Assembly: GCA_034669905.1 (NCBI GenBank)
Contig: JAXMOL010000004.1
Coordinates: 64,001 to 128,000 of the forward strand
Length of the DNA: 64,000 bases
Source of the DNA: Candidatus Hydrogenedentota bacterium
GTDB taxonomy: Bacteria; Hydrogenedentota; Hydrogenedentia; Hydrogenedentales; JAEUWI01
Reading direction: 5' to 3'
Part shown: one piece after another, positions 48,134 to 57,061 of the stretch
Numbering within the stretch: position 1 is the first letter of the stretch
How the letters are laid out: each line of letters opens with the position of its first letter
The notes under the pieces: generated by a model
Databases searched by the model: none
The model's input: only the letters and a program-made list of their open reading frames with translations
Told to the model about the DNA's origin: nothing
Program-made: the position numbers and the translations under genes

Positions 48134-48906
48134 TATTCCGCCCGCATTCCAACGATGATCTGTCGGGGGTGTGCCGCCGACACCGGGCTTCCGTCATAGT
48201 TTCCATAGCGGGCTTCCACGCGCAGACCCGCCTCGTCGAGGAGGGCATCCAACTCCGCGGGGGAATAGAGCCGCACGGACTCGGATGAGCGACTGACGTG
48301 CTGGCCATCGCGGGTCACTTCGGTTACTTTGTTGACCCGTTGCGTGGCCTCATCGACCCAGCGCTGTTCTCGAATCTCCAGGTCTTCCGCGCTGCGACGA
48401 CTCTCTGGGTCCAGATGATTCCGGACATACTCGGGATTGAGGTAATCCACGAAAAAACGGCCCGTGGGTTTCAACGCCCGCGCAATCCCCTGAGCGACAG
48501 ACAGGTTTTCCGCATAGTCCTGGAAGTAGCCAAAACTGGTAAAGAAATTGGCCACCGCGTCAAAGGCCCCTTCGAAGGGAATGGCCCGCATATCGCCCCG
48601 GAGTAAACGTCCCGACGCGCCCAACTGGGTCCGCGCGAAACCCAACAAATCAGGAGAGTAATCCAACCCGGTCACGTGGGGGGTATGTCTTAGTAAGTGC
48701 ACCATGTGGCGCCCGTTCCCACAACAGAGGTCCAACACCGAGGAAGTGTCAGTAAGCTCTAATTGCGCGATGGCAAAGGCCGACTCTGCCGAAGCCGCTT
48801 CCACGGTTCGGTGGGCATAAATGATGGGGTAGAGGGCGTCGAAGGCACTGGCGAACCAGTTTTCATCCAGCTCTCCGGCGAGCCGTTCCGTTTCACTGAG
48901 ACTCAT
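48133..48906 (-). CDS. Class I SAM-dependent methyltransferase, candidate bacillithiol N-methyltransferase (NmbA-like)
   Basis: LDLCCGNGRH, GLDYS, GDMR, NFFTSFGYF, N-terminal WF...F...Y..IY.HR. TAATG overlap with bshC. Confidence 0.8.
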   Translation of the reverse strand: MSLSETERLAGELDENWFASAFDALYPIIYAHRTVEAASAESAFAIAQLELTDTSSVLDLCCGNGRHMVHLLRHTPHVTGLDYSPDLLGFARTQLGASGRLLRGDMRAIPFEGAFDAVANFFTSFGYFQDYAENLSVAQGIARALKPTGRFFVDYLNPEYVRNHLDPESRRSAEDLEIREQRWVDEATQRVNKVTEVTRDGQHVSRSSESVRLYSPAELDALLDEAGLRVEARYGNYDGSPVSAAHPRQIIVGMRAE

Positions 48907-48929
48907 TCACATTCCATGTCAGGGGTGGA

Positions 48930-48962
48930 GAAAGGCGGCGTTTCCCGTGACGGAAACGCCGC
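48930..48962 (-). terminator. Intrinsic terminator-like hairpin between pyk and the methyltransferase-bsh operon
   Basis: 11-bp stem GCGGCGTTTCC/GGAAACGCCGC followed by CTTTCT on the minus strand. Confidence 0.65.
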
Positions 48963-48987
48963 AGTTCGTGTTGACCAGTACTTATTC

Positions 48988-49023
48988 ATCCATATATGGA
49001 TTACATGTCAATTGATTCTACCA
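48988..49023 (-). promoter_or_regulatory. Extended -10 (TGgTAGAAT) followed by palindrome ATCCATATATGGAT
   Basis: TAGAAT at 49020-49015 preceded by TGG. Perfect 14-bp palindrome at 48988-49001. Confidence 0.5.
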
Positions 49024-49035
49024 TACCCGAAGTGC

Positions 49036-50511
49036 CTAGGCCGGATCGCCTATCGTATGGAGTTTCAAGAGATTGGTGCGGCCACCCGCGGCCAGGGGAG
49101 TACCGGCCACAATCAGGATCGTATCTCCTTTAGCGGCCACATTCCCCTCAATCAGCTTCTCTTCCACCTCGGCCACCAAGCCTTCGATTTCCTCGAAGTC
49201 ACGGGTCAGGATGGCCGACACGCCCCAGAGAATCGCGCACTTACGGCAGGTCGAGACCTTGTTGGTGAAAGCCTTGATGCGGGTCTTGGGACGATAGCGA
49301 GCAATAGCGCCTGCGGTATAGCCCGTGGTGGTAAAACACACGATACGGGCGATATCGAGGCTTGTCGACATGCGAAAAACCGCCTGACCAATGGAGTCCG
49401 CATAGGAGTTCAGCCGTACTCCGGTCAACCCTTTACGGCGGGCCTGCAACTCCTCATGGCGTAACTGCATCATGCGGCGGGTGGAGATGTTCTTGTGGAG
49501 TTCCTGATCCGTTCGGAGTGCTACCCGATGCATGACCGTGCAGGCTTCGATGGGGAAATCACCCGAGGCTGTTTCGCCCGAAAGCATTACGGCGTCCGTG
49601 CCATCATAAATAGCATTTGCCACGTCGGTTACTTCGGCACGGGTGGGGTGATCCCCGTCCACCATGGATTCCAACATCTGGGTAGCCGTGATCACGGGCA
49701 CCCCCATCTCATTGCAATGGCGGATGAGCCGCTTTTGGATGGACGGGACTTCCTCGAAATCGACTTCCACACCGAGATCGCCGCGGGCCACCATCACCAC
49801 ATCGCTCAGGGCAGCGATTTCATCAAAATTCTCCAGGGCTTCCGGGCGTTCAATTTTCGCCACGATACCCAGATCCGAGTCGGCATCGCGGAGAATCTTG
49901 CGAAGCCCTTTGATATCATCAGGGGACCGCACAAAAGACAGGGCCACGAAGTCGGCATCCTGGGTAAGAATAAACTCCAGATCTTCCCTGTCTTTGGCCG
50001 TGAGCGAAGGCTCGGCAATGTTCACGCCCGGCAGGTTGATGCCCTTACTCTCTCCGAGAATCCCGCCCCGGACGACGACACAGCGAATCTCGGGGGGCGC
50101 CACCTCGGTCACACGGAGTTCCAGGGTGCCATCCGCCATGAGAATGCGGTCATCCACCTTCACGTCGTTGGGAAGTTTATCGTAGGTCGTGGATACCTTT
50201 TCCACCGTACCGACAATCTTCTCCGACGTGATGGTAAACGGCGCGCCAGGCTCGAGACGAACCATATGGGGCGCCTCAAGTTTCCCGGTCCGAATCTTGG
50301 GCCCCTGCAAGTCCATCAGGACCGCCACATTGGCCTTCATACGCTGGGAGACTTCCCGGATTATCTGGAGTTGTTTAGCGTGCCCTTCATGGGTTCCGTG
50401 AGAAAAATTCAGTCGGGCGACGTTCATGCCCGCGTTGATTAACTTTTCGACCATCTCCGGGCTGGACGAAGACGGACCGATGGTACAAACAATCTTGGTA
50501 TGTCGATGCAT
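49036..50511 (-). CDS. pyk: Pyruvate kinase
   Basis: TKIVCTIGP, RLNFSHG, DLQGPKIR, AKIE, MVARGDLGVE, ATQMLESM, DAVMLSGETA. Confidence 0.97.
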   Translation of the reverse strand: MHRHTKIVCTIGPSSSSPEMVEKLINAGMNVARLNFSHGTHEGHAKQLQIIREVSQRMKANVAVLMDLQGPKIRTGKLEAPHMVRLEPGAPFTITSEKIVGTVEKVSTTYDKLPNDVKVDDRILMADGTLELRVTEVAPPEIRCVVVRGGILGESKGINLPGVNIAEPSLTAKDREDLEFILTQDADFVALSFVRSPDDIKGLRKILRDADSDLGIVAKIERPEALENFDEIAALSDVVMVARGDLGVEVDFEEVPSIQKRLIRHCNEMGVPVITATQMLESMVDGDHPTRAEVTDVANAIYDGTDAVMLSGETASGDFPIEACTVMHRVALRTDQELHKNISTRRMMQLRHEELQARRKGLTGVRLNSYADSIGQAVFRMSTSLDIARIVCFTTTGYTAGAIARYRPKTRIKAFTNKVSTCRKCAILWGVSAILTRDFEEIEGLVAEVEEKLIEGNVAAKGDTILIVAGTPLAAGGRTNLLKLHTIGDPA

Positions 50512-50514
50512 GGA

Positions 50515-51825
50515 TTATTCCCAGGCTTCGAAGGCCCGATAAATCGCGTTTACCGCGCGCTCCAACGCCTCTTCTTCTACCCCGACAATGATGTTCATTT
50601 CTGATGAGCCCTGGTCAATAACACGGATATTGACATTGGCCTCCGATAGGGCGGTGAACAAGCGCGCCGCCACGCCGATATGGTGATTCATCCCCAGTCC
50701 CACCGTGGCGATCATCGCCAAGCCGGAAACCAGGCTGATACTATCAGGTTGACATCGTCCTTGGACGGTTTCGATCAGCGTGTCGCCCTGCGTACCCAAT
50801 TCTTCGTCTCTGAAAATGAGGGAGATGGTATCAATACCCGTGGGCATATGCTCCCAGCCAATTCCCAATTCATCCAGGGCGGTCAAGACCTTGCGGCCAA
50901 AGCCCCGTTCATGATTCATCAACGTCTTTTCTATGTTCAGCATGCTGAAACCCTTGCGGCCCGCAACGCCGCAAAGGGGGTGCTCACTCTTGCGGTGGGG
51001 CACAATCCGGGTGCCCGGGTTATTCCGCTCCCGGGTACTCCGGATCTGAATGGGAATGCCGGGCTCGCGGACGGGATAGATGGCCTCGTCGTGGAGCACC
51101 GTCGCGCCCATATAGGACAACTCCCGCAACTCCTGATAGGTTACCTCGGCGATGCCCTTGGGAGAATCCACAATACGGGGATCCGCCATGAGGAAGCCGG
51201 GGACATCGGTCCAGTTTTCATAGAGTACCGATTCGGTGGCGCGGGCGACTATCGCACCCGTAATGTCACTGCCACCCCGGGAAAACGTCTTGATACGGCC
51301 GTCTGGCATGGAGCCGTAAAAGCCGGGAATCACAAATCGGCCTTCGCCCTTTAACCGTTCCCCGAGCAATTCGTAGGTAACCGGATCAAAGGTGCCATTG
51401 GCCTTGAACTTGATATAGTCGGCCGGATCGACAAACTCGGCCCCGAGCAGCGCGGCGATCAATTGGCCATTCAGAAATTCTCCCCGGGAGGCCATGAAAT
51501 CAACCGCGTTGTCTTCACTCAACTGGGCTTCGATTTCTTCGATAAAGGGCACGACATCAAATTCGATGCCCAATTCCCGCGCCAATGCTTCAAATCGTTC
51601 CTGAATAATACCCTTCGGCTCCGACGCATCCAGTCCCTGAGAGGCGATACTGTGCCAGGCATACAGCAGGTCGGTTACCTTCCGATCCTTGTCAAAGCGT
51701 TTGCCCGGTGCCGACGGTACTACGAAAGCACGGGCGGGATCTTCTTCGACGATGGACTGCATGATTCGAATATTCGCAGCGTCGGCAAGCGAGGTGCCGC
51801 CGAATTTGCAGGTAATCTTCTGCAC
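50515..51825 (-). CDS. lysC: Aspartate kinase (two ACT domains)
   Basis: KFGGTS, VPSAPGK, SRGE, FSRGGSDITG, WTDV, DPR, ELSYMGA.VLH, DQGSSE. Confidence 0.9.
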   Translation of the reverse strand: MQKITCKFGGTSLADAANIRIMQSIVEEDPARAFVVPSAPGKRFDKDRKVTDLLYAWHSIASQGLDASEPKGIIQERFEALARELGIEFDVVPFIEEIEAQLSEDNAVDFMASRGEFLNGQLIAALLGAEFVDPADYIKFKANGTFDPVTYELLGERLKGEGRFVIPGFYGSMPDGRIKTFSRGGSDITGAIVARATESVLYENWTDVPGFLMADPRIVDSPKGIAEVTYQELRELSYMGATVLHDEAIYPVREPGIPIQIRSTRERNNPGTRIVPHRKSEHPLCGVAGRKGFSMLNIEKTLMNHERGFGRKVLTALDELGIGWEHMPTGIDTISLIFRDEELGTQGDTLIETVQGRCQPDSISLVSGLAMIATVGLGMNHHIGVAARLFTALSEANVNIRVIDQGSSEMNIIVGVEEEALERAVNAIYRAFEAWE

Positions 51826-52012
51826 GGTAAGGTATTCTCCAGAGCATTATCCGGCGGCTTCTTGGCCGCCTGGACAGGGTAGCCTGACAATCCGCCACTT
51901 CCCATTGAAGCAGAGGACTGTTTAGTACATGTTAAGTGCGACGATCCACCACGGAGCTGGTGCACAACGTGGCCCGTATTCTCAGAATCGGATTCTTCGG
52001 ATCGCTAGCGCG

Positions 52013-53710
52013 TCAAGGAATGAAGTTATCCAGCAGGCGGCCCACATCATTAAAGGTGACGAAGAGCATAAGGCCCACGATGAGGACAAGACCGGCCATT
52101 TGAAACTTCTCTAAGAAGGCAGGGTTGAGGGGCTTGCGACGAATGCCTTCAATACTGTTGATGACCAGCAGCCCACCGTCCAATACGGGAAGGGGGAGGA
52201 GATTGAATACCGCCAGATTGACACTGATGAGTGCGGTAATCCCTACCAGCCAGCCGAATCCGCGCTGCGCAAAGTGGGTGGTCATCTGATAAATCATGAC
52301 CGGGCCACCGAGATTATCCGGGCTGACGTTCTGCATGACGAGGGCTTGCAGGGTCTCGACGGTAGTCGTAAAGGCGTACCAACTCTGACGAAAAGCCTCG
52401 GGCACGATCTGGCTCGCCGGCACGCGATGCAGGATGAATTCTTCCCGCATCTCAATGCCAATCGTGCGTACCGGATCAACGGTAAGTTCAATGGTCTCCG
52501 TGCTGGCCTTCTGCGCCAGTCCAAACAAGAGTTGGGGACGTTCCACGGTAGCGGAGAAGGTCTTTCCGGGACTCGCCAGGACAAGATCCGCCGCCTCGCG
52601 GTAGGTTACTGGTTTTCCGTCTATGGCTGTAATTACATCTTTTCGCTGCAACCCGGTTTCTTCCCGGAACTCCGGCTTGACCTTGAGCACCACGGCGGGA
52701 CCGTTTTCCGCATCCTCACCCTTCCCATCGGCACCGAGCACAAAATTGCGGAACCGACCGGTCGTGTGGGGCGTGATGGTCAGGGGGATCAAGGTGTCGT
52801 CCCGCTTGACACTAAGGTCAACCGACTCCCCTTCGGGCATATCCTGTACAAGCGTCCCGAAGGACTCGATGCTTACCACATCCCCATTGGCCCGACGTAC
52901 AATGTCACCTTCTTGCAATCCGGCCGCTTTCGCGGGCGTATCGTCGAGGACATTGGCCACCCGCACCGACGCGAAGGGGTGCACACCGAAGCGTGGGAAT
53001 TCTTCTCCCTCCATCGTGACCGGCTTCAGCTTGCACACCAGAAGCTGGGGGGGAGCATCATCCGTTGCGCCGGGCCGCTCAATCTCAATGACATGGGCGG
53101 TCTCTTCACCTTTCAGCAACACCTTCGTGCTGAAGGTCTGGATGTCTTGCACGGGTTGCCCGTTCAGCGTATAGAGCAGGTCGCCGGGCTGGAAACCAAT
53201 CGTATCGGGCGTCTCCTCGAAATCGACCGATTCACCGGAGGCCGAAATCTTAAAGAGAGGGGCCGTGGCGGCCGGCGTATTTTCTTCCACGAAACCAATG
53301 CGGGCCGTAATTTCGGATTCGGCCACTTCTTTGCCCATACCGGCCAGCAGACCATAGAGGAGCACGGCCAGGATCAGGTTGGCCACCGGACCCGCCAGAA
53401 TCACGATGATCCGTTGCCACACCGGCTTATTGTTGAACCAGCGCTCCGGCGGGACGCCGCCATATTCTTTCGCCCGTTCTTCTTCGGTCAGCGGGGCATC
53501 TTCCTGGCCCGCCATCTTGACGAATCCACCGATGGGAAGGGCACCGATACAGTAATCGGTCTCCCCCCACTTGAAGCCCACAACCCGGGGCGGCATGCCG
53601 ATGCTGAATCGGTCCACATAAATTCCGCACGCTTTCGCTGCGAGGAAATGGCCCAGTTCGTGAAAGAAAACCAAAAAACTCAGCACCAGGAGAAAAATAA
53701 TAATGCTCAT
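52013..53710 (-). CDS. rseP: RIP metalloprotease with multiple PDZ domains
   Basis: HELGH, FSIG, P.GGFVKM, AGP..N, NLLPLPVLDGG. Directly downstream of dxr. Confidence 0.95.
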   Translation of the reverse strand: MSIIIFLLVLSFLVFFHELGHFLAAKACGIYVDRFSIGMPPRVVGFKWGETDYCIGALPIGGFVKMAGQEDAPLTEEERAKEYGGVPPERWFNNKPVWQRIIVILAGPVANLILAVLLYGLLAGMGKEVAESEITARIGFVEENTPAATAPLFKISASGESVDFEETPDTIGFQPGDLLYTLNGQPVQDIQTFSTKVLLKGEETAHVIEIERPGATDDAPPQLLVCKLKPVTMEGEEFPRFGVHPFASVRVANVLDDTPAKAAGLQEGDIVRRANGDVVSIESFGTLVQDMPEGESVDLSVKRDDTLIPLTITPHTTGRFRNFVLGADGKGEDAENGPAVVLKVKPEFREETGLQRKDVITAIDGKPVTYREAADLVLASPGKTFSATVERPQLLFGLAQKASTETIELTVDPVRTIGIEMREEFILHRVPASQIVPEAFRQSWYAFTTTVETLQALVMQNVSPDNLGGPVMIYQMTTHFAQRGFGWLVGITALISVNLAVFNLLPLPVLDGGLLVINSIEGIRRKPLNPAFLEKFQMAGLVLIVGLMLFVTFNDVGRLLDNFIP

Positions 53711-53803
53711 ATCGAGATGAAACGTCCTGTCTTCATGTTACGTTGTGTTCGTCCTGCCCAGACGACGCTATCGCCCCAAACGGGCTTTCGTTAAACCGGA
53801 ACT

Positions 53804-54964
53804 TCAGGGGCGGGCCCATTTCCTGATGGCTTCGCGCGCCGCCTGCCGCGCTATCGTGTCTGCCGCAAGCACGGCATCCAGATCGTAGTCCGACGTGCTC
53901 GTACACGTCGTACAAACGCTATCCACGACATCGCTTATCTGCAGGAAACCAAGTTGGCGATTGCAAAATGCCGAAACGGCCTCTTCGTTGGCCGCGTTCA
54001 AGATGGCGGGGGCTGTCCCACCGGCTTTTGCCGCATGTCGCGCCAGGGCGAGACATGGGAAGGCACTGAAATCAGGCGCATCAAAGGTCAACGCCTTCAT
54101 GGTGGTCAGATCCAGTCGCTTCATCGGTAATTCTACCCGTTCCGGGTAGGTAAGTGCGAACAGGATGGGGAACTTCATATCGGTAACGCCCATATGGGCC
54201 AGGATATTTCCGTCATTAAACTCGACAAGGCTGTGAATAATGCTCTGGGGATGAATCACCACATCGATCTGCTCGGACGTTAAGTCGAACAACCACATGG
54301 CTTCCACGATTTCCAACCCCTTATTCATGAGGGTCGCTGAATCCACGCTTATTTTCGCGCCCATATCCCAGGTTGGGTGCCTGGTCGCCTGTTCGGGGGC
54401 CACTTCCGCCAGGGAAGCGCGGTCTCGGCCATAGAACGGGCCACCGGACGCCGTGAGATGAATGCAGGCCAGATCGCTTTGCTCGTGTCCATGGATACAT
54501 TGAAAAATTGCATTGTGCTCGCTGTCCACCGGAAGAACCTCCACCTCCCGCTTCCGGGCATGCTCCATGACAAGCTTGCCCGCCATGACGAAAGGCTCCT
54601 TGTTGGCCACGGCCACACGGTTTCCCGCGGCGATGGCGGCCAACAGGGGGCGAAGTCCCACCGCCCCAACGACGGCACATAACACAGTATCAACAGGGAC
54701 CTCCGCCAGGGAAGTGAGGGGCGACTCGGTATCCAGCAGGGTGACCGGCAGATTCATGGCCCGCAGTGTTTCCTGCGCGTCCGGATCGGATACCGCTACG
54801 TAAGCCGGGCGGAAGGCCGCTATCTGTTCCCGCAGCAGTTCCACGTTTCGATGGGCCGCCAAGCCCACCACCTCGAAGCGCTCCGGGTAGTGGCGGACGA
54901 CGTCCAATGCGCTGCGGCCGATGGAACCGGTGGAACCCAGAATAGTAATTCGTTGTTTCTTCAC
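53804..54964 (-). CDS. dxr: 1-deoxy-D-xylulose-5-phosphate reductoisomerase
   Basis: LGSTGSIG, ANKE, PVDSEH, TASGGPF, HPTWDMGAKISVDSATLMNKGLE. Confidence 0.97.
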   Translation of the reverse strand: MKKQRITILGSTGSIGRSALDVVRHYPERFEVVGLAAHRNVELLREQIAAFRPAYVAVSDPDAQETLRAMNLPVTLLDTESPLTSLAEVPVDTVLCAVVGAVGLRPLLAAIAAGNRVAVANKEPFVMAGKLVMEHARKREVEVLPVDSEHNAIFQCIHGHEQSDLACIHLTASGGPFYGRDRASLAEVAPEQATRHPTWDMGAKISVDSATLMNKGLEIVEAMWLFDLTSEQIDVVIHPQSIIHSLVEFNDGNILAHMGVTDMKFPILFALTYPERVELPMKRLDLTTMKALTFDAPDFSAFPCLALARHAAKAGGTAPAILNAANEEAVSAFCNRQLGFLQISDVVDSVCTTCTSTSDYDLDAVLAADTIARQAAREAIRKWARP

Positions 54965-56760
54965 TAACCACGCTCCAGGGGGAGGGTTGCTTCGATTTTA
55001 CGGGCTGCCGCATGGGACAGGTAGGCCTCCGCTGAACGTCGCTTCTCATACCGCGCACGGATTTCGGCTTTGATTTCCGCCGCCGTCGGCAGACGGAGCA
55101 GGTGGGTAGCCAGTTCCTGGGCCTCTCCGAAATCAATTTCGCCGATTTCGGCACGGACCAGCGGCAGTGAAACAGCGGACATACTCAGGGAAGTGACCCC
55201 GAGCCCAATCAGCGCTTCGGTATAGAGCGGGTCACCGGCCATTTCACCACAAAGGCTACACGGGATCCCCGAGGCCCACGCCGCGTTGCAGGTCCACTTA
55301 ATCATGCGCAAGACTGCCGGATGGGCCGGTTCATAGAGGTGGGCGATTTTCTCATTTACCCGGTCCACCGCGAGGGAGTATTGGATCAAATCATTGGTGC
55401 CGATGCTGAAGAAATCAACTTCCTGAGAGAGCAGATCCGTAAGGGCAACAGCGGAAGGAACTTCAATCATGGAACCGACTTTAATCTTCCGATCAAAGGG
55501 GATGCCTTCCCGGTCGAGCTCTTCTTTCACCTCCTCCAAAACGGCCTTGACCTGACGCAATTCTTCCACGCCGCTGATCATGGGGAACATGATCTGGATG
55601 TTGCCCAATGTCGACGCCCGCAACATGGCCCGCAGTTGGGGCTTGAAAATATCCTTCCGCTCCAGACAAAAGCGTACGGCCCGCCAGCCAAGCTGTGGGT
55701 TTTCCTCTTTGGATATCTGAAGATGGGACACGAACTTGTCCCCGCCGATATCCATCGTCCGCAGCGTGACAGGGAGGGGATTCATCGTCTCCGCTGCCTG
55801 AAAATAGGCCTGGTATTGTTCTTCTTCCGTCGGCAGGGTATTCCGATTGAGGAAAAGATACTCTGTCCGGAAAAGTCCGACCCCGTCGGCCGACTCGCGC
55901 AATTCCGGCACCAACTCGAAGGGGAGCTCTACGTTGGCCTGCGTCGGAATCACCACCCCGTCGCGGGTTGTCGTTTCCCCCTCCACACGAATGCACCGAA
56001 GCGCGCTACGCAGGGCGTCCAGGGTTTCCTGCTGTTGCCGATAGGCGTTCAAAGTCTCTTCGGTGGGATTTACGATGAGCAACCCTTCGTTGCCATCCAC
56101 TATCACCGAATCCCCGTTCTGGACAAGGGCCGATGCGGTATGAAGTCCCATGACGGCCGGGATTTCCAGCGCGCGCGCGAGAATTGACGTATGGGAGGTA
56201 GGACTGCCGGAATCGAGTGCGATGCCCAGCACGTTGCTTCGATCCATAGTAACCGTGTCGGAAGGCGAGATATCCTGGGCGAAGAGTATCCCCGATGTCG
56301 TCATCTCAAAGGGCTGAATCGGCTCCGCATCCAGCAGGTTTCGCTGCAGGCGCTCCATCACGTCCAGCAAGTCAGCGGTGCGCGCCTGAAAATGGGCGTC
56401 TTGCACCGCACTCAGCAGGTCGGCATAGTACTGGCTCAACTCATTCAGGATGTGCTCGGCATTCAGTTCTTCTTCGGCAATCCGCTCCTTAACCTGTTCC
56501 AGGATGGTGACGTCTTCCAGGATTAACAGGTGGGCCTTGAAGATCTCCGCGTGTCCGTCGCCCAATTTCTCTGCGGTCTTGGCGTGGATCGTGCTCAAAT
56601 GGGCACGGGTCTTTTCCAGCGCCCGCTCGAAGCGACGCAATTCCTTACCCACATCTTCAACGGTGTATCGGGGGATTTCGAAGCGATCATCGCGAAAGGC
56701 AACCGCAGGACCGATGGCTATACCGGGAGACACGCCTATGCCACGTAGGGTGGACTCCAC
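54964..56760 (-). CDS. ptsI: PEP-protein phosphotransferase (PTS enzyme I)
   Basis: GIGVSPGIAIG, TSHTSILAR (phospho-His), GLFRTE, DIGGDK, EENPQLGWR, SIGTNDL, CGEMAG. No N-terminal GAF domain. Confidence 0.96.
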   Translation of the reverse strand: MESTLRGIGVSPGIAIGPAVAFRDDRFEIPRYTVEDVGKELRRFERALEKTRAHLSTIHAKTAEKLGDGHAEIFKAHLLILEDVTILEQVKERIAEEELNAEHILNELSQYYADLLSAVQDAHFQARTADLLDVMERLQRNLLDAEPIQPFEMTTSGILFAQDISPSDTVTMDRSNVLGIALDSGSPTSHTSILARALEIPAVMGLHTASALVQNGDSVIVDGNEGLLIVNPTEETLNAYRQQQETLDALRSALRCIRVEGETTTRDGVVIPTQANVELPFELVPELRESADGVGLFRTEYLFLNRNTLPTEEEQYQAYFQAAETMNPLPVTLRTMDIGGDKFVSHLQISKEENPQLGWRAVRFCLERKDIFKPQLRAMLRASTLGNIQIMFPMISGVEELRQVKAVLEEVKEELDREGIPFDRKIKVGSMIEVPSAVALTDLLSQEVDFFSIGTNDLIQYSLAVDRVNEKIAHLYEPAHPAVLRMIKWTCNAAWASGIPCSLCGEMAGDPLYTEALIGLGVTSLSMSAVSLPLVRAEIGEIDFGEAQELATHLLRLPTAAEIKAEIRARYEKRRSAEAYLSHAAARKIEATLPLERG

Positions 56761-57033
56761 TCAGGATTCTCCGAAGCCAGCCGCAAAGAGGTCCTTTATG
56801 GCCTTCATTGCCGCGTCTGCATCACTGCCCTTGCATGAAACCGTGATACGACTTCCCTGGGTTGCGGCCAGGGTCAACAACCCCATGATGCTCTTGGCAT
56901 TCACACGGCTGCCGTTGAAGAGGAGGAAAACGTCGCATTCGAAATTCAACACGCACTGCACCAACGCGGCCGCGGGACGGGCGTGGATGCCCAGTTTGTT
57001 CACCACCAATACTTCTTCCGATAATTCCTGCAT
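56761..57033 (-). CDS. ptsH: Phosphocarrier protein HPr
   Basis: GIHARPAA (His15) and NAKSIMG (Ser46). Confidence 0.96.
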   Translation of the reverse strand: MQELSEEVLVVNKLGIHARPAAALVQCVLNFECDVFLLFNGSRVNAKSIMGLLTLAATQGSRITVSCKGSDADAAMKAIKDLFAAGFGES

Positions 57034-57061
57034 AATGGCTCTCTATCTATTGCTGTTTCTA

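Noticed and set aside
51826..52012. Possible lysine riboswitch upstream of aspartate kinase
   Set aside because: No L-box hallmark sequence and no terminator with a U-tract; only a small hairpin.
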